Shown here piece by piece: positions 25,950 through 38,511 of a stretch of 64,000 nt of DNA. Both the position numbers and the translations under genes were made by a program. Positions within the stretch are counted from its first letter, which is position 1. Every line of letters begins with the position of its first letter. The notes beneath the pieces are model-generated. The model worked only from the letters and a program-made list of their open reading frames with translations. It searched no databases and was not told the origin of the DNA. The DNA is from Felis catus (Eukaryota), in assembly GCF_018350175.1 (NCBI RefSeq), contig NC_058368.1:108750001-108814000 (forward strand), given 5' to 3'.

Positions 25950-27130
25950 TTAAGACTTTGAAAATGAAGCAAACAAAAAATTTTGAAGAAATATAGGTGA
26001 ATGTTTATGCCATCTGGGGTTAGGAAAAATCTTTTTAAGTACAACAAAGAAGGTAGAAACCACAAAAGGAAAACACTGGTAGATTTGAAGATCTGACTAC
26101 AAGCAAATGTTAAATGTCTGCATCTTAAAAACCACAATTAAAAAGATTTAACAGATAAATAGATAACTTGAAAAAATTATTTATACCACAGGCAGCAGGA
26201 AAAGGTTTTGACATGTTACCCAAATTAAGAAGAAAAAGACAAATGAGCAAAGGACATGGACAGGGAATTGAAGGAAGAAGAAATACTTGGCCCTCTCTTC
26301 ATAGCGGTCCATGTAAGTGAGCTGTGAAGCTACTGCCTGAGTGTCACTGTCCCTTTTTCTGTCTCCTTCCTCTAAAGACAGGTGGGGGCCCCACTCCAAG
26401 CCATGTCACAGAGGTGCTCAGAGGACCAGCATTCCATAAACTCCACCTCACTTATCTGGAAGCACCCCCGCTTCACTACTCCCATCTAACAGGAATTCAG
26501 ACCCTTCTTCCTGGTGACCATCTAGGCAGCTCAGCCTCCTGGCCAGGCCAGCTGACCTCAGTAAGAAAAGAAAAGTAGGGATCAGGAGAAAGTATGGGCA
26601 TCTGAAGCTCTGACATCCCGCAAACCCCTTCTGAAATGCAGTTTGGCAAGGATGTGTCACAAACCTCAAAAATTTTTTTTCGACTTAACCTTTGGGTTTG
26701 CTTAGGAATTAACACAAAGGGGGAAAATCAGGAATTATTTGTCCACAAAGATTGTCACTGAAATATTATTTACAGCAGTGCCAAATTGGAAACGACCCAA
26801 ATGTTCAATCACAAAGCTGAATTCATTTTTGCACATCTATAAGATGGTATATGCATTGCTGCCCATAAAAATGATGATGCAGAACGCTGCACGGTACCAC
26901 GGGGAGATGCTTGTGGCATGTGGCCAATCAAAACCTGAAGCTTACCAAGCAGTATATTCAGCACAATCCCAATTATGTTTAAAAGCATTTATATATATTC
27001 ATGGAAAAAATGGAAGAAAGATTAGTAGGTGGTGTCACTGAGTGGTGGGATTATAAGGTTTTCTCTCTTCTTTGAATTCATCTGTATTTTTCCAAATTTT
27101 CTACAATGAATAGACAGTTTTGTAACAAGG
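25950..27130 (+). mobile_element. Ancient L1 (L1M-type) 3' fragments
   Basis: A-rich segments with L1 3'-end phrases (ttatttacagcagtgccaaattggaaacgacccaaatgttcaatc). Interrupted. Confidence 0.5.
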
Positions 27131-27388
27131 AAAAATCTGATATAAGAAGAAGCCATTTCCAGAGCCCTCTCTCAGTTCAGAAAGGGTTGGGGTATTGGAG
27201 AGGGAAAAGCAGGTCATGGGAAGATCATTAGAGAAATCAGAATGATGTTCCTTCCCAAATATCAGGAACTTCAAGGTGGGTATGAGTAGAGATCAGTGTT
27301 ACCAGACTCCTCACCTCCTGACCCTGGGGGCTCTTGGCATCTGTCCCAGGCTTCCTTGGCTCTGGCAGCCATTAGAAGTCCACACTGA

Positions 27389-27583
27389 GGGGCGCCTGGG
27401 TGGCTCAGTCGGTTAAGTGTCTGATGTTGGCTCAGGTCATGATCTTGTAGTTTGCAAGTTCAAGCCCTGTTTCAGGCTCTATGCCATCAGTACAGAACCC
27501 ACTTCAGATCCTCTGTCCCCCTCTCTGTATGCTCCTCCCCTGCTTTTACTCTCTTTCTCTCTCAAAAATAAACAAACAAAAAA
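27389..27583 (+). mobile_element. Carnivore SINE with degenerate TSD AGAAGTCCA
   Basis: ggggcgcctgggtggctcagtcggttaag head and A tail. Confidence 0.9.
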
Positions 27584-28471
27584 AGAAGTCCATGTTGAGC
27601 TGGAGCTGGAGAGGGAGATCATGGTTGGAAGACCTTCAGAGTGGCTCATGTCAGCCTAGGAGGATGTGATAGAGAGAGGGAAGGGGGACAAAGGCAGTGG
27701 AAGGGGGAACTCTTGAGGAGGGTCCAAGTGCCAGGGAAATCCAAGGAGAAGCAAATTTCCAGAAGAGGATGATACATTCCCTGGAGGCAGGCAGGATGCT
27801 TCCCATCTCAGAGCTCCTTATAGGGAACCAAAAAAAATCAATGCCTAAGTCATTGACCATGTGAGCTCAGACCCAAGGAAAACAAAAACAGTGCTGGGGG
27901 GCGGGGGCACTCTCAGGGCCAGGAGAAAACCAGGAACACAACAGAAAGCACTTCAAAGATGGGGGAACACCACTGGCTAGAAGTCTGCTACAGGGCTCCA
28001 GAAAGGAGTCAACGGGCCTGCCAAAAGAAACAACTCCGAGCACCAGCGGCTGATTACCCAGAAAGGCCAGCTGGGTTTGGCGGGGGGGGGGGGGGGGGGG
28101 GTGGTGGACAAGACATCTGAGCCAGCTGTCCTGTCCTCCCTAATCCTACAGAGGCCTGGGAGGCATAGGGGCTTGCTTATGTTCATACAGAAAATTAAGA
28201 TGAAGACCAAACCAAACCTTGGGCATTCTAACTCCCAACCTAATGTACCATACATTACTCCCCAGCAAGAATTTTTTTTTTAATTTGATAACATAAGTCA
28301 TCTCTATATTATATATATTACTTGAAACTATATAAAAACATTATTTGCTATCCAATTCAATTTATGAGGTAACTATAGACAAAATTCCAAGACTCAATTT
28401 TTAAACAACTGAATAAACACAGATAGGCTAACATCAGATATAAATATAGGCGCAAAAATCCTAAGTGAAAA

Positions 28472-28685
28472 TTTTTTTTAATGTTTTATTTATTTTTGAG
28501 AGAGGGAGAGACAGAGTACGTGCAGGGGAGGGGCAGAGAGGGAGGGAGACAGAATCCACAAAGTAGGCTCCAGGCTCTCAGCTGTCAGCACAGAGCCTGA
28601 CGCACGGCCCCCAACCTGTGAACCATGAGATAACGACTTGAGCTGAAGTTGGATGCTTAACCGAATGAGCCACCCAGGCACCCCC
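28472..28685 (-). mobile_element. Carnivore SINE with TSD CTAAGTGAAA
   Basis: Reverse SINE head and tail, inserted in an L1 fragment. Confidence 0.9.
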
Positions 28686-29534
28686 TAAGTGAAATTTTAA
28701 CAGACAGGTTAACTATGTAAATTGAATTCTCACTAGAATAAAATCCGACCCATACTGCAGGGTGACAGGCTGGTGGGGAACAAACAGCCAGGGGCCATAC
28801 CTGCAGCTGTGTTGAGAGTCATCCAGGTGAAATTGCGCGATGAACTCCGGTTCGCTCCAACTCTGAGACAGAAGGTTGTCAGGGTTATCTCTGCACCACC
28901 TTCTTTAGAAAATGTTGTTCTCACCATGCCCTTTGATCCAGCCACAGCTTTACAACTAGGGCTGTCATGTTCGCACAATGTGACTCTGTCCCCTGGTCAC
29001 TGGTAACTTGTCCAATAGTAGTTCACCCCTGGGAATTTGGAATTGGAATTTTAGTCTTTATCCGCAAAGAATACACATCTTCAGAGAATATGAAAAATGA
29101 AACAAATATTCCCAGAACAGCAGAGATGAGAAACAGAAGAATTCACTGTCAAGTTCTCTACAGGGCCAGGGAGGGAGTGGAGAGAGTCAGTATACTAGTC
29201 AGCCAACTAGAAGGGCGATCAGGTCCAACTATGTTGCAACTCAAAACAAATCCCAGGTAAAGATTTCCAGCTATGTCCATGACACAATTGTCTTCAACGG
29301 CCTTTAATTCTGACTGTGCCCGGCACCCTTATTTCAGTACCCCTTGCAAGCCTAGTTACGTTCCTGCATTTGCAATGTGTGAGATACTTCCCAGTGAGCC
29401 TTGCAGTCACTTGCATTAAATACCTAATTCTGCAGATGAGGATACTGAAGCTTAGAGAGCTGAAAGAATTCACCTAAGATCCCAAGGCTGCCTGATATTT
29501 AAATCCAGAGCCATCCAGGTCCCGTGCCTGTATT

Positions 29535-29759
29535 CTTTTTTTTTTTTTTAAGTTTATTTTTATTTATTTTGAGAGAGAGAGAGAGAGAAAGCAGGGGAGG
29601 GGCAGAGAGGGAGAGAGAGAGTAAGAAAGAATTCCAAGTAGGCTTCATGCTGTCAGCACAGAGCCCAATGTGAGGCTCAAACTCACAAACTGTGAGATAA
29701 TGATGTAAGGTGAAGTCAAGAGTCAGACGCTTAACTGACTGAGCCACCCAGGTGCCCCC
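29535..29759 (-). mobile_element. Carnivore SINE
   Basis: Reverse SINE with degenerate TSD tgcctgt(a/g)ttcttt. Confidence 0.9.
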
Positions 29760-30572
29760 ACCATGCCTGTGTTCTTTCCATCATATCGACTAAGAGGAAA
29801 ATTGGCAAGAGTCACATCAAGAGGAAGCCACAACAATTGCACATCCTTTCTCAATAAAACCTCTTGAAATTAGGAATAAGGAAAAGAAGGAAAAAGATCG
29901 AGTTAATTTCTTGGGAAGAAGAAATCTGAATTCAGGAGCCAATTATGTTTTCCAGTGGGAAAAGATGGCAAGAGTAACCCCAGTATCCTCAGGAATCACA
30001 GGTGTCACTCTCATCTCCAAAGCTGTGATGTGGTTTGTGTGTAGGCAAACCCCAGGTGGAAGGAAAGACAATATCCCCTGCATGGTAGAAATATCAGGGC
30101 CAACCATGAGCTCTTGGTGATGACACAGCAGCAGGGAATTCACCTAAAATACCAGGGCATCCTGCATACTGCGCTGTACAACTCCATTCAAATAACAATT
30201 CAAATTAATTCAAAATAATTTCAGACATTATTTTAACTTTGTAGAATGAAAGTTCCCAAACAAGGAAAAGATGATGGAATGTGAAACACCCAGGATAGAG
30301 CTGCTGGGCCAAGCATGCGATGAAGAGAGGAGTTTCACACGGTGAATTCTCACGGACCTCAGGGTAAGGAGTTGGGGTGGGAATCAGCCACCCACATCTT
30401 TGGAGAGTCAGACTGAAACACACACTGCCACCCCCTCCATCCAGGACAGCCCTTGATACCATCATCCCTTCCATTCCACATGCTGCTGTCATGCTCAGCC
30501 ATCTGGCATTCAGGAGACGCTCAGTGTGAAAGTGTGGTGTTGTAGAATTTTAGAATAAAAGAGAAATCATTT

Positions 30573-30786
30573 GGAGCACCTGGGTGGCTCAGTCAGTTGG
30601 GCATCTGACTTTGGCTCAGATCATGATCTCACAGTCTGTGAGTTCGAGCCCCACATCAGGCTCTGTGCTGACAGCTCAGAACCTGCGTCCTGGTTGGGAT
30701 TCTGTGTCTCCCTCTTTCTGCCCCTCCCCTCCTCACACTCTGCCCTCTGTCTCAAAAATAAACATTTAAAAAAATTAAAAAAAAAA
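30573..30786 (+). mobile_element. Carnivore SINE with TSD AAAAGAGAAATCATT
   Basis: SINE head, tail and direct repeat. Confidence 0.9.
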
Positions 30787-31062
30787 GAGAAATCATTAAG
30801 CAGATATAAACACCAGTAGAATCCATTCTGGTAGAGAACTGGAAAGAATGTCTCCCAGGGTTTGTGCCAGGGTCAGCATGGACCTTATGGAAACAGGTAC
30901 GATGGACTTCTAAACTCTGGCTTTAGGAAGGGTCAAGAAGGATTTCTGGTGAGGGGGTAGTTGAAGGAAGACAGAGAATTGGGCAGACGAGTCCTCCTTC
31001 CAGGTACCTCTGCTCCCTCCAACCCACATCCCACTGCCACCCTGCCCTGGACACTGCTCCGC

Positions 31063-31063
<1 letters not shown>

Positions 31064-31109
<46 letters not shown>
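31064..31109. repeat. (CA)n microsatellite
   Basis: About 23 perfect AC units. Confidence 0.95.
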
Positions 31110-31111
<2 letters not shown>

Positions 31112-31921
31112 AGCTCCTCCTCCTTCTTCTTGGGCCCTACCATTCCCATCACCATGTTCCTCAGGGGTGGGCCCTCCTGCAAGAGCACGAAGTTTAGGGC
31201 CTTTAACCAGCTGCAAGTCCCCAAGGCTTGCTTCTGCTGGACCTTCTGCCAAATTACCCCCAGCCCCATCTGCATGCTCTCTGCTCCACCAGGTTTGTGC
31301 TCCTCCTAGGAGACTTGTTTCCGTGGTTCCATAGCTGTGCAAGTGGTGGTGGTTGGGGGGGCGCATGTGCCTCCTGTGTCACCATGAACATCTATGCATC
31401 CAAAGCAGACTCTTCTTTCCAAGACAGGCACAAATGATCTCACTGGGGAAGATCATTCATATCCCTCTGAGGACAGGAGTGCGCGCTGGTCTGTTCTCCT
31501 GCTCTGGGGTACTCGAATTTAGTTCTGCCTCCATACGTGGATGGGAGAGTGAAAGAGGAGAGAAAGTAAGCATAGTTGAAACTCTAAGAGAAGCAACTAA
31601 AAGCTGTGATACTAAATAGAAGTGTTTCTATAAGGTGGCTGAATATTTGTTAAATATGAAAATAAATATAACAGAAAACATACAGAAAAAATATTCACAA
31701 AAGTAACCAAAAAACAAGAAAATAGCTGGGAAAAAACAATAGGTGTGCAGAACCAAGCTGAAGAAGGCTTTCAAGCTATATAGAAGGACATAAAAAAGAC
31801 TTCAGTGAATGAAGAGATAAACTAATTTTCTGGATTAAAATACTAAATATTACAAACATGTCAGTCCTCCCCAAAGTTGGGTTTATACTTAATGCAATCT
31901 CAGTTTTAAATTTAACAAAAT

Positions 31922-32133
31922 GGAGACTCCTGGGTGGCTCAGTTGATTAAGCATCCAACTTCAGGCTCAGGTTATGATCTCAGAGTTAATGAGTTCGAGC
32001 CCCATGTCGGACTCTGTGCTGACAGCTTGGGGCCTGGAGCCTGCTTCAGATTCTGTGTTTACTTCTCTCTCTGTCCCTCCCCAGCTCGTGCTCTGTCTCT
32101 GTCTGTCTCTCAAAAATAAATGTTAAAAAAAAA
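31922..32133 (+). mobile_element. Carnivore SINE
   Basis: SINE head and tail, TSD aaa(t/c)ttaacaaaatgga. Confidence 0.9.
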
Positions 32134-32164
32134 TTAAACTTAACAAAATGGATTTAAATTAAAA

Positions 32165-32385
32165 AAATTTTTTAAATATTTTTTGTATTGCTTATTTATT
32201 TTTTGAGAGAGACAGAGCATGAATTGGGGAGGGGCAGAGAGAGAAGAAGACACAGAATTCGAATCAGGCTCCAGGCTCTGAGCTGTCAGCACAGAGCCCC
32301 AAGCGGGGCTCAAACTCACAAACTGTGAGATCATGACCTGAGCCCCAGGTCGGACACTTAACTGACTGAGCCACCCAGGCGCCCC
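32165..32385 (-). mobile_element. Carnivore SINE
   Basis: Reverse SINE, TSD aaaatggatttaaatt. Confidence 0.9.
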
Positions 32386-32654
32386 TAAAATGGATTTAAA
32401 TTTAATTTAAAGGACATACCTGTTCAATACTGGCCAAAAGCCCTCTTTGAAAGGAGAATAATCTAAAAACCAAAATGCCTTAATAGGTAATTTGATGAAT
32501 CACACAAATATTAAGTCCACTCATCAGTACAGAAATTAGACCCAACTGACTAGAAAGCTCATATACTAAATACAAATACTACATGAAATTTCAAAAATTT
32601 TCAGCCCCCAAATATTGGTTATATGAGGAGCTCTTATAAATTAGTTAGAAAAAA

Positions 32655-32806
32655 CACACCTGGGGGCTCAGTCCGTTAAGCATCCGACTTCTACTGAGGT
32701 CATGATCTCACGGTTCATGAGTTAGAGCCCAGCATCAGGCTGTCTGCTGTCAGTGCAGATCCTGCTTCTGATCTCTGTCTCCCTCTCCTTGCCTCTCTCT
32801 CTCTCT

Positions 32807-32838
<32 letters not shown>
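32655..32838 (+). mobile_element. Carnivore SINE with about 30 nt poly(A) tail
   Basis: cctgggggctcagtccgttaagcatccgactt head and long A run. Confidence 0.85.
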
Positions 32839-32841
<3 letters not shown>

Positions 32842-35800
32842 CAAGACACACCTGGAAAGAATCAGGAGCAAGTAGCTGACTAAGCAATAAAGAAAGGAAA
32901 ATACAAATGGCTAGTAAAAATATAAAAAATAAGTCAATCCCACAAATAATCAAAGAAAAATTCAGTGGAAAGAAGGTATGTCTTTTCTATCAATTATCAA
33001 AGTTTAAAACATGGTCATAGATTCCTCTGGAAAGAGTTTAGGACATGTGTTTGCATCAGCCTTTTTTTGGGTGGGAGGGCAATTTGGCAAAATGTACAGA
33101 AATTTTAAGTAAAGCACATTCAATCCAGCAATTCCACTTCTAGGAACTTAACTTCAGGAAATAATGTGCAGAAATAGCTATAAATGAATTTTCAAAGATG
33201 TTCAGCATGATGTTACCTATAGTATAAAAAATGTGAGGTCATTTTTATACTATTAAAAATCTAACAATATCTAACAATAGTGAGTTTGATAAATCAATTA
33301 TCATAAACACATACTACAAAATATTTTGTAGTCATTAAATATAATGGCATAAGAGAATACATAATGATGCAGAAGATGTTTACGTTGCATTAAGTGAAAA
33401 CAAGTTATGAAATCCATTCTAACAACAAATATTTATTGAGTGGCTATCTCGTGGTAATAAAAGCAGTGAATAAAGCAGATAAAATTCCTACTGTCTCACA
33501 GAAGCTTTCATTCCCTGACAAAATGTATAAACTGGAATGTAACTTATATAGTCCCAATTAACAAAAAGAAGATGTGGTTGGAAGGACGTCAGGAAAGACA
33601 CAAAACTGATGTGTCAAAAGTAAGGCATTGTCTCTGAGTTTGGGATTGAGGCTGGTTTTTGTTTTCTTTTTTGGTACTTCTCTGAGTTTTCTAAACTTTT
33701 TGTAATGAAAGTGTATCACATTTGTGGCCAGAAAAAAAAAGGAGTCATCTTTTTTTCAAAGAATGCACGTGGAGACCCATGAGTACGGGGCTTTTTGAAA
33801 CAGGGATTCATTTTAGCACACATCATCTGGTGCTGTAGAGGACGTAGGCTGGGGTGAGGGTGGGGGTGAGGGGCAGTGGGGAAGAGCCCCATCAGCAGAT
33901 GTGCATGTAGAATCCAGATAACACAGGATGAGCAGTGGGAGGAAGGAAAAGTCCAGGCAGAGGAACATATTAAAAGTCTTTCTCTAATATCCTCCCCCAC
34001 AGAATCATATTGATCCTGATTACAGCATCTTTCCCATGAGTCAATGTCCTCTCTCACCACCAGGCATAGCTGAGGCCCAGGCCTCCCGTGAGCAGCCAGG
34101 ACACTAAGACAGGTTGCTCACTGCCTTGACTCAATCCTTCCTAACCTAGAATTTTTTTTTTTAACCTCTGCTACCTTTTTGGAAATTAGGTTTCAGAATT
34201 GATCACTAATTATTTGATCATTTGTTGTTCATTTTTACTCATCAAATATTGTCCCTTTGGGCCCCTTCCAGTGTCCAGGCAGCAGGTGGCTGAGATCCTT
34301 TACTATATCTGAGCTCTTAGAGACCCCCTCACCCTACCCCCAACCATGAGTCCAGCCAATGCCAAGCCAAGTCTCTCTCTCCCACAGAGACCTGAGATCC
34401 TGGAGTCAGCCATGAAGAGATCTTGCCCCCTGGAAATACAGAGATGATCCGAGCATGCTGACCATCCCTCATGTGGCTGCTTTCACTGGTGTGGATGGAA
34501 CTCTGGGCTGGGGGGTTCATGTTTTCTCTTTGTCACATGAGCTAAGAGACAAGACAGATAAGAAGAACACCTCAAAACATTATCATGACATGTGTGATGG
34601 CTTGGCCCCATATTGTAGGGCTTCTCTCAGCCCAGGTACCACCATCATCCTAGGGCAGCTTCCAAAGGTGACCTGGACTGTAAGGACCCTGTTCCGGCCC
34701 TCTCCTTCCAGTCATTCACTTCTGTGACTCCTCTTCCATCGCCCTTACCCTCACACATCTCACACAAACAGAGCCTTGTGACTTTCCAGCACTCATGCCA
34801 GCTGTTGGAACTCCACTGTCCTTCATCCTTCATTTCCATTCCTGTTCAGCCCCAAGCCCACTGCTGCCCATTCCCCAACTCCCCATCAGTCACCTTTGTC
34901 ATGTTCAGTGCACAGGACTTACCCTTTGTGCTGATGCCACAATAAATGGGCCTCAGTCCTCTCCATACTATTTCCATCCCTGGGCCAAGCTGGGCCGCAG
35001 AGAAGAGGTGGGTGTATCACATTGTGACCATGTTGCCAAATCCAGGATCCACATCCTTGTTCTCCCCTTGCTTTTTCACTTACCAGTTTTCAACTTAGTT
35101 CAGGGAAAACATTTTTCTCTTTTATCCATGACAATACATTCCGTAGGCTTTCCCTTCACCTAGCTGGCTGCTCTTTTGTATTCTCCTTTCTGTGCTTCTC
35201 TTCAGGAGCATTCCTACCTCCAAATATTGCAGTGCGCCAGGGATGAGTCCTCAAGTCACCATCTACACTCACTTGCTGGTGCCCTCCTACTACTATATGC
35301 CAGTGACAACTAAATGTTGATTTCCCTGTCCAGTCTCTCTCCTGAGCTTCACACTCCTAGATCCAGCCTTCCCCTTGGTAGCTCCCATTGGACACCTAAG
35401 TCCATCTCCAATGAGCCACCACTCTGTGGACATTAGGGCTGTTTTCCCAGCATCCATGCCATGCCTCCTGCTTTGGTAAGCAGGTCCTCCTACCCACAGC
35501 TGCATGGGTGGTCTCTAATTGGTGAAGAAAATTAGTATAACCCCATTCCCATTGGCCACACTGATTGGTGATTTAAACTGGTCCAGTAAAATTGAACAAA
35601 AGTTCAGAACTTTTGTTTAATAGTTGGGCAGTAGAAGCTTCTTCTAGTAGGGGTAAGGACTAAAACCAATGCCGCCATTTTGCACCACTGTGGGAAGCCA
35701 GACTGAGGACAAAACAAGATTTGAGGACCCATGGAGAAGCTTTGATTAAACCATGTCCAAAATCGGGACTTTCCAGTTGTCAGAATCAATACATTCCCCT

Positions 35801-38279
35801 TGGTGTTTAGGTCAGTTTTACTTGTACTTTCTGCCACTTGGTAATAGAAGCATCATGATCCATATAAGAGCAAACAGAACTCTCATATTGCCACCACCCC
35901 ATTAACCTTCTTTTCTGTGATCTTCCCCCATTTCAGTTCATGGCAGGCCATTCCATTCAGTGGCTTGGCCAAAATCCTTCAACTCATCTCTGACTCCTTT
36001 CATACTCTCACTCCCCATATCCTGTCTGTCATCAACTTCTCTCAGCATTACTTTCAGAATTTATATGCAGCCCAACCACCCATGCTTACTCTTGTCCCAT
36101 TGCTGTCCACTCTGTCACAACAGCCAGACTCACTTTTGAAAATTTAAGATCAGGTCATCAGCTTGGCTTAAAATCCTTCAACTTGCAATAGAATTCAGAC
36201 CTAAGGTTATAGGTGATGTAGGCCTGACTACCTTTCTGACTCATCCCCTTCCACTGCCCCCTCTCCATCTACACTGGTCTGCTCTTCCTCAGAGACTCCC
36301 TGGAACCCATGAAAGACCCTGGCACTGTTCTTCTGTATCCCCATTCTTGCTATGCTTGCCTGTCTCTTGTTGCTCATGTCTGAACTCAGATGTCTCCTCG
36401 CAAGGAAGCCTTGTCTGAAAAACCTAGTCTCATGGTGCCCACCCAGTCAAACTTGGTCATAGTTCCTTGTTTTACTTTACTAATAACACTTATCAGTGTC
36501 TGCAGCTATCTTGTTTGTGAATGTGTTCACTTCTTTATTGTCTGTCTCTGTCCCTCTCCTGGGAGCTCCTGGAACTCCGTGTTCATTGCTGTATCCTAAG
36601 ACCTAACATTCATTGTGTTTGAACAGCGTGAATTCCAGTGATGTGCATGACCATCACAGAAGCACAAGATGGTCAAGCCTCACTAATGTGGGATGCTCTG
36701 CCCCACTGCAGTAGAAGCTCTGAGTTCTCTGCCAGGCTTCTGGACAGAGCAGGGATGTGGAGACAGATGAGAGAGTGCAGAGGAGAATCTGAGAAGCCTT
36801 TAGGAACTGGGGCTTCAGATGGCAGTTCACATCAGTTTCCAGCTGTGCTATGGAAAAAGCGTCAGAGAAAAAGAGCCCAAGAAACCTCTGTGGCTGTAGT
36901 CATGGGAAGCCCCAAGTCAGAGAGGTCATGGGGTGAGGGTGTGTGGGGAGGTCTGAAGTCACCCTGAGGCCTATGGTCACAGATTCTACATTTTCCAGGG
37001 CCCAGAGGTCCTGGAACCAGCAAACGCAATGACCAGGGAAGCTCCACGGGCAGAAGGTGCCACCTGGGAGGGAGTGGGCACTGTGCCATCATAAGCGTTG
37101 GGTCAGATCCGTGACTCTGCTGGACTGAGGTTACTCAGGCCCAGGCTGGGGAAGGGGTACTGTACACATTTCCTGGCACACGCTTCCTTTCTCCTTTTAG
37201 AGGAGCAAACGTTGTTGCTGAGGCTTTGGCCACAGCTTCCTGCCTCCTTCTGAGATCAGAAGCCACAATCACTGTCTTAGTGGCTTCCCTGTCAGAAGAG
37301 TCTTGACTTCAGAGACACAGGGCTGGGCACACTGTTCCTACCCCCAGTCTCTCCCGAGACAGGTGTTCAGTGAGCCAGGGGCACGCTTCCTGGCAGCCAC
37401 CTTGCTGTACTGGGGAGGGGCAGACCTGGCTCCAGATAGACAAAACAGCTCTGGGCAGACCTGCACTCAGCATAGGCAGGGCAGGGCACCCTGTCACTCT
37501 AGCTTCACATTCTGGAAAATCCCACCAATCTTCTGGGCAAAGGGACAGATGGAAGTACTGCAGGGCCACCTGTGGTCCACCATCCCCAGGCTATGATCCT
37601 CACCCAAGCTCTCACTGGCTCCAGGACGGATACCTCTTCCTCATACTCTCTTGACAAAGTCACCTGTCTGGGGGCCATTTTCTCCATTCTTTGCAGGCTG
37701 CTGACCATGCTGCTTCCTCTGCCTAGAATACCTTCCCCTGCTGTCTTCTCTCAGCTAACTTCTCATCTTATCCTTCAAGGGTCATTCATGGGATCTTCCT
37801 CCTGGAAGCCCTCCGTAAACTCCTCCTGGCAGGGTGGAGAGCATCCCTCTCTGCTTCCACAGCCCCTGAACAAACTGTAGTCCTCAAGGAGGCTGCCACT
37901 GAGTTCCCTGAGAGACACATTGACCACGGTGTGTAAAATCACTATTCCTCCCTCCTCTTGTCAACATTCCTGGTTCCCTTAAACTGCTCAACTTTTTCCA
38001 AAGCATTTATCACCTTCTGACATACTATGTAATTATTTATTAGCAACTGATTTCTGTATTGTCTCTCTTTCTCCCTCCTGAGTTTCACAGGGGCAGGAAT
38101 CATTGGCTATTTTTTCACTAATGTATTCTAAGCCCTTAGAACAATGCCTGGCAATTAGTGGGGGATCAATAAATATTAGTTCAATGAATGAATGAATGAA
38201 TGAATGAATAATAGTAACCTGTTTACTTTTTGGTAAACTTCTTGAGGGCAGGGTCTGAAGATAAATCACCTTTCTTTTT

Positions 38280-38307
38280 TTGAAAATTTTTAAATTTAGT
38301 TTTGAGA

Positions 38308-38346
<39 letters not shown>

Positions 38347-38511
38347 TAAGTGGGGGAGGGGCACAGAGAGAGGGAGACACAGAATCGGAAGCAGGCTCCA
38401 GGCTCTGAGCTGTCAGCACAGAGCCCCACGCAGGGCTGGAACTTGTGAATGGCAAGATCATGACCTGAGCCGAAGTCGAATGCTTAACTGACTGAGCCAC
38501 CCAGGTGCCCC
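38280..38511 (-). mobile_element. Carnivore SINE with (GA)n tract, next to an L2 3' end at about 38030-38210
   Basis: Reverse SINE. Upstream L2-type tail aataaatattagttcaatgaatgaatgaatg. Confidence 0.88.

Larger units (their letters stand above)
31560..33710 (+). mobile_element. Decayed L1 (L1M-type) fragments hosting three SINEs
   Basis: A-rich L1 ORF2/3' phrases (atgtcagtcctccccaaagttgg; caatccagcaattccacttctaggaa). Confidence 0.6.

Noticed and set aside
28082..28101. G20 run (also G12 at 19216-19227) as a G-quadruplex candidate
   Set aside because: Homopolymer lengths are unreliable in assemblies and there is no supporting context.
33219..33253. AT-rich 14-bp inverted repeat
   Set aside because: Lies in a decayed L1 fragment. 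Most likely a local template-switch or low-complexity artefact.
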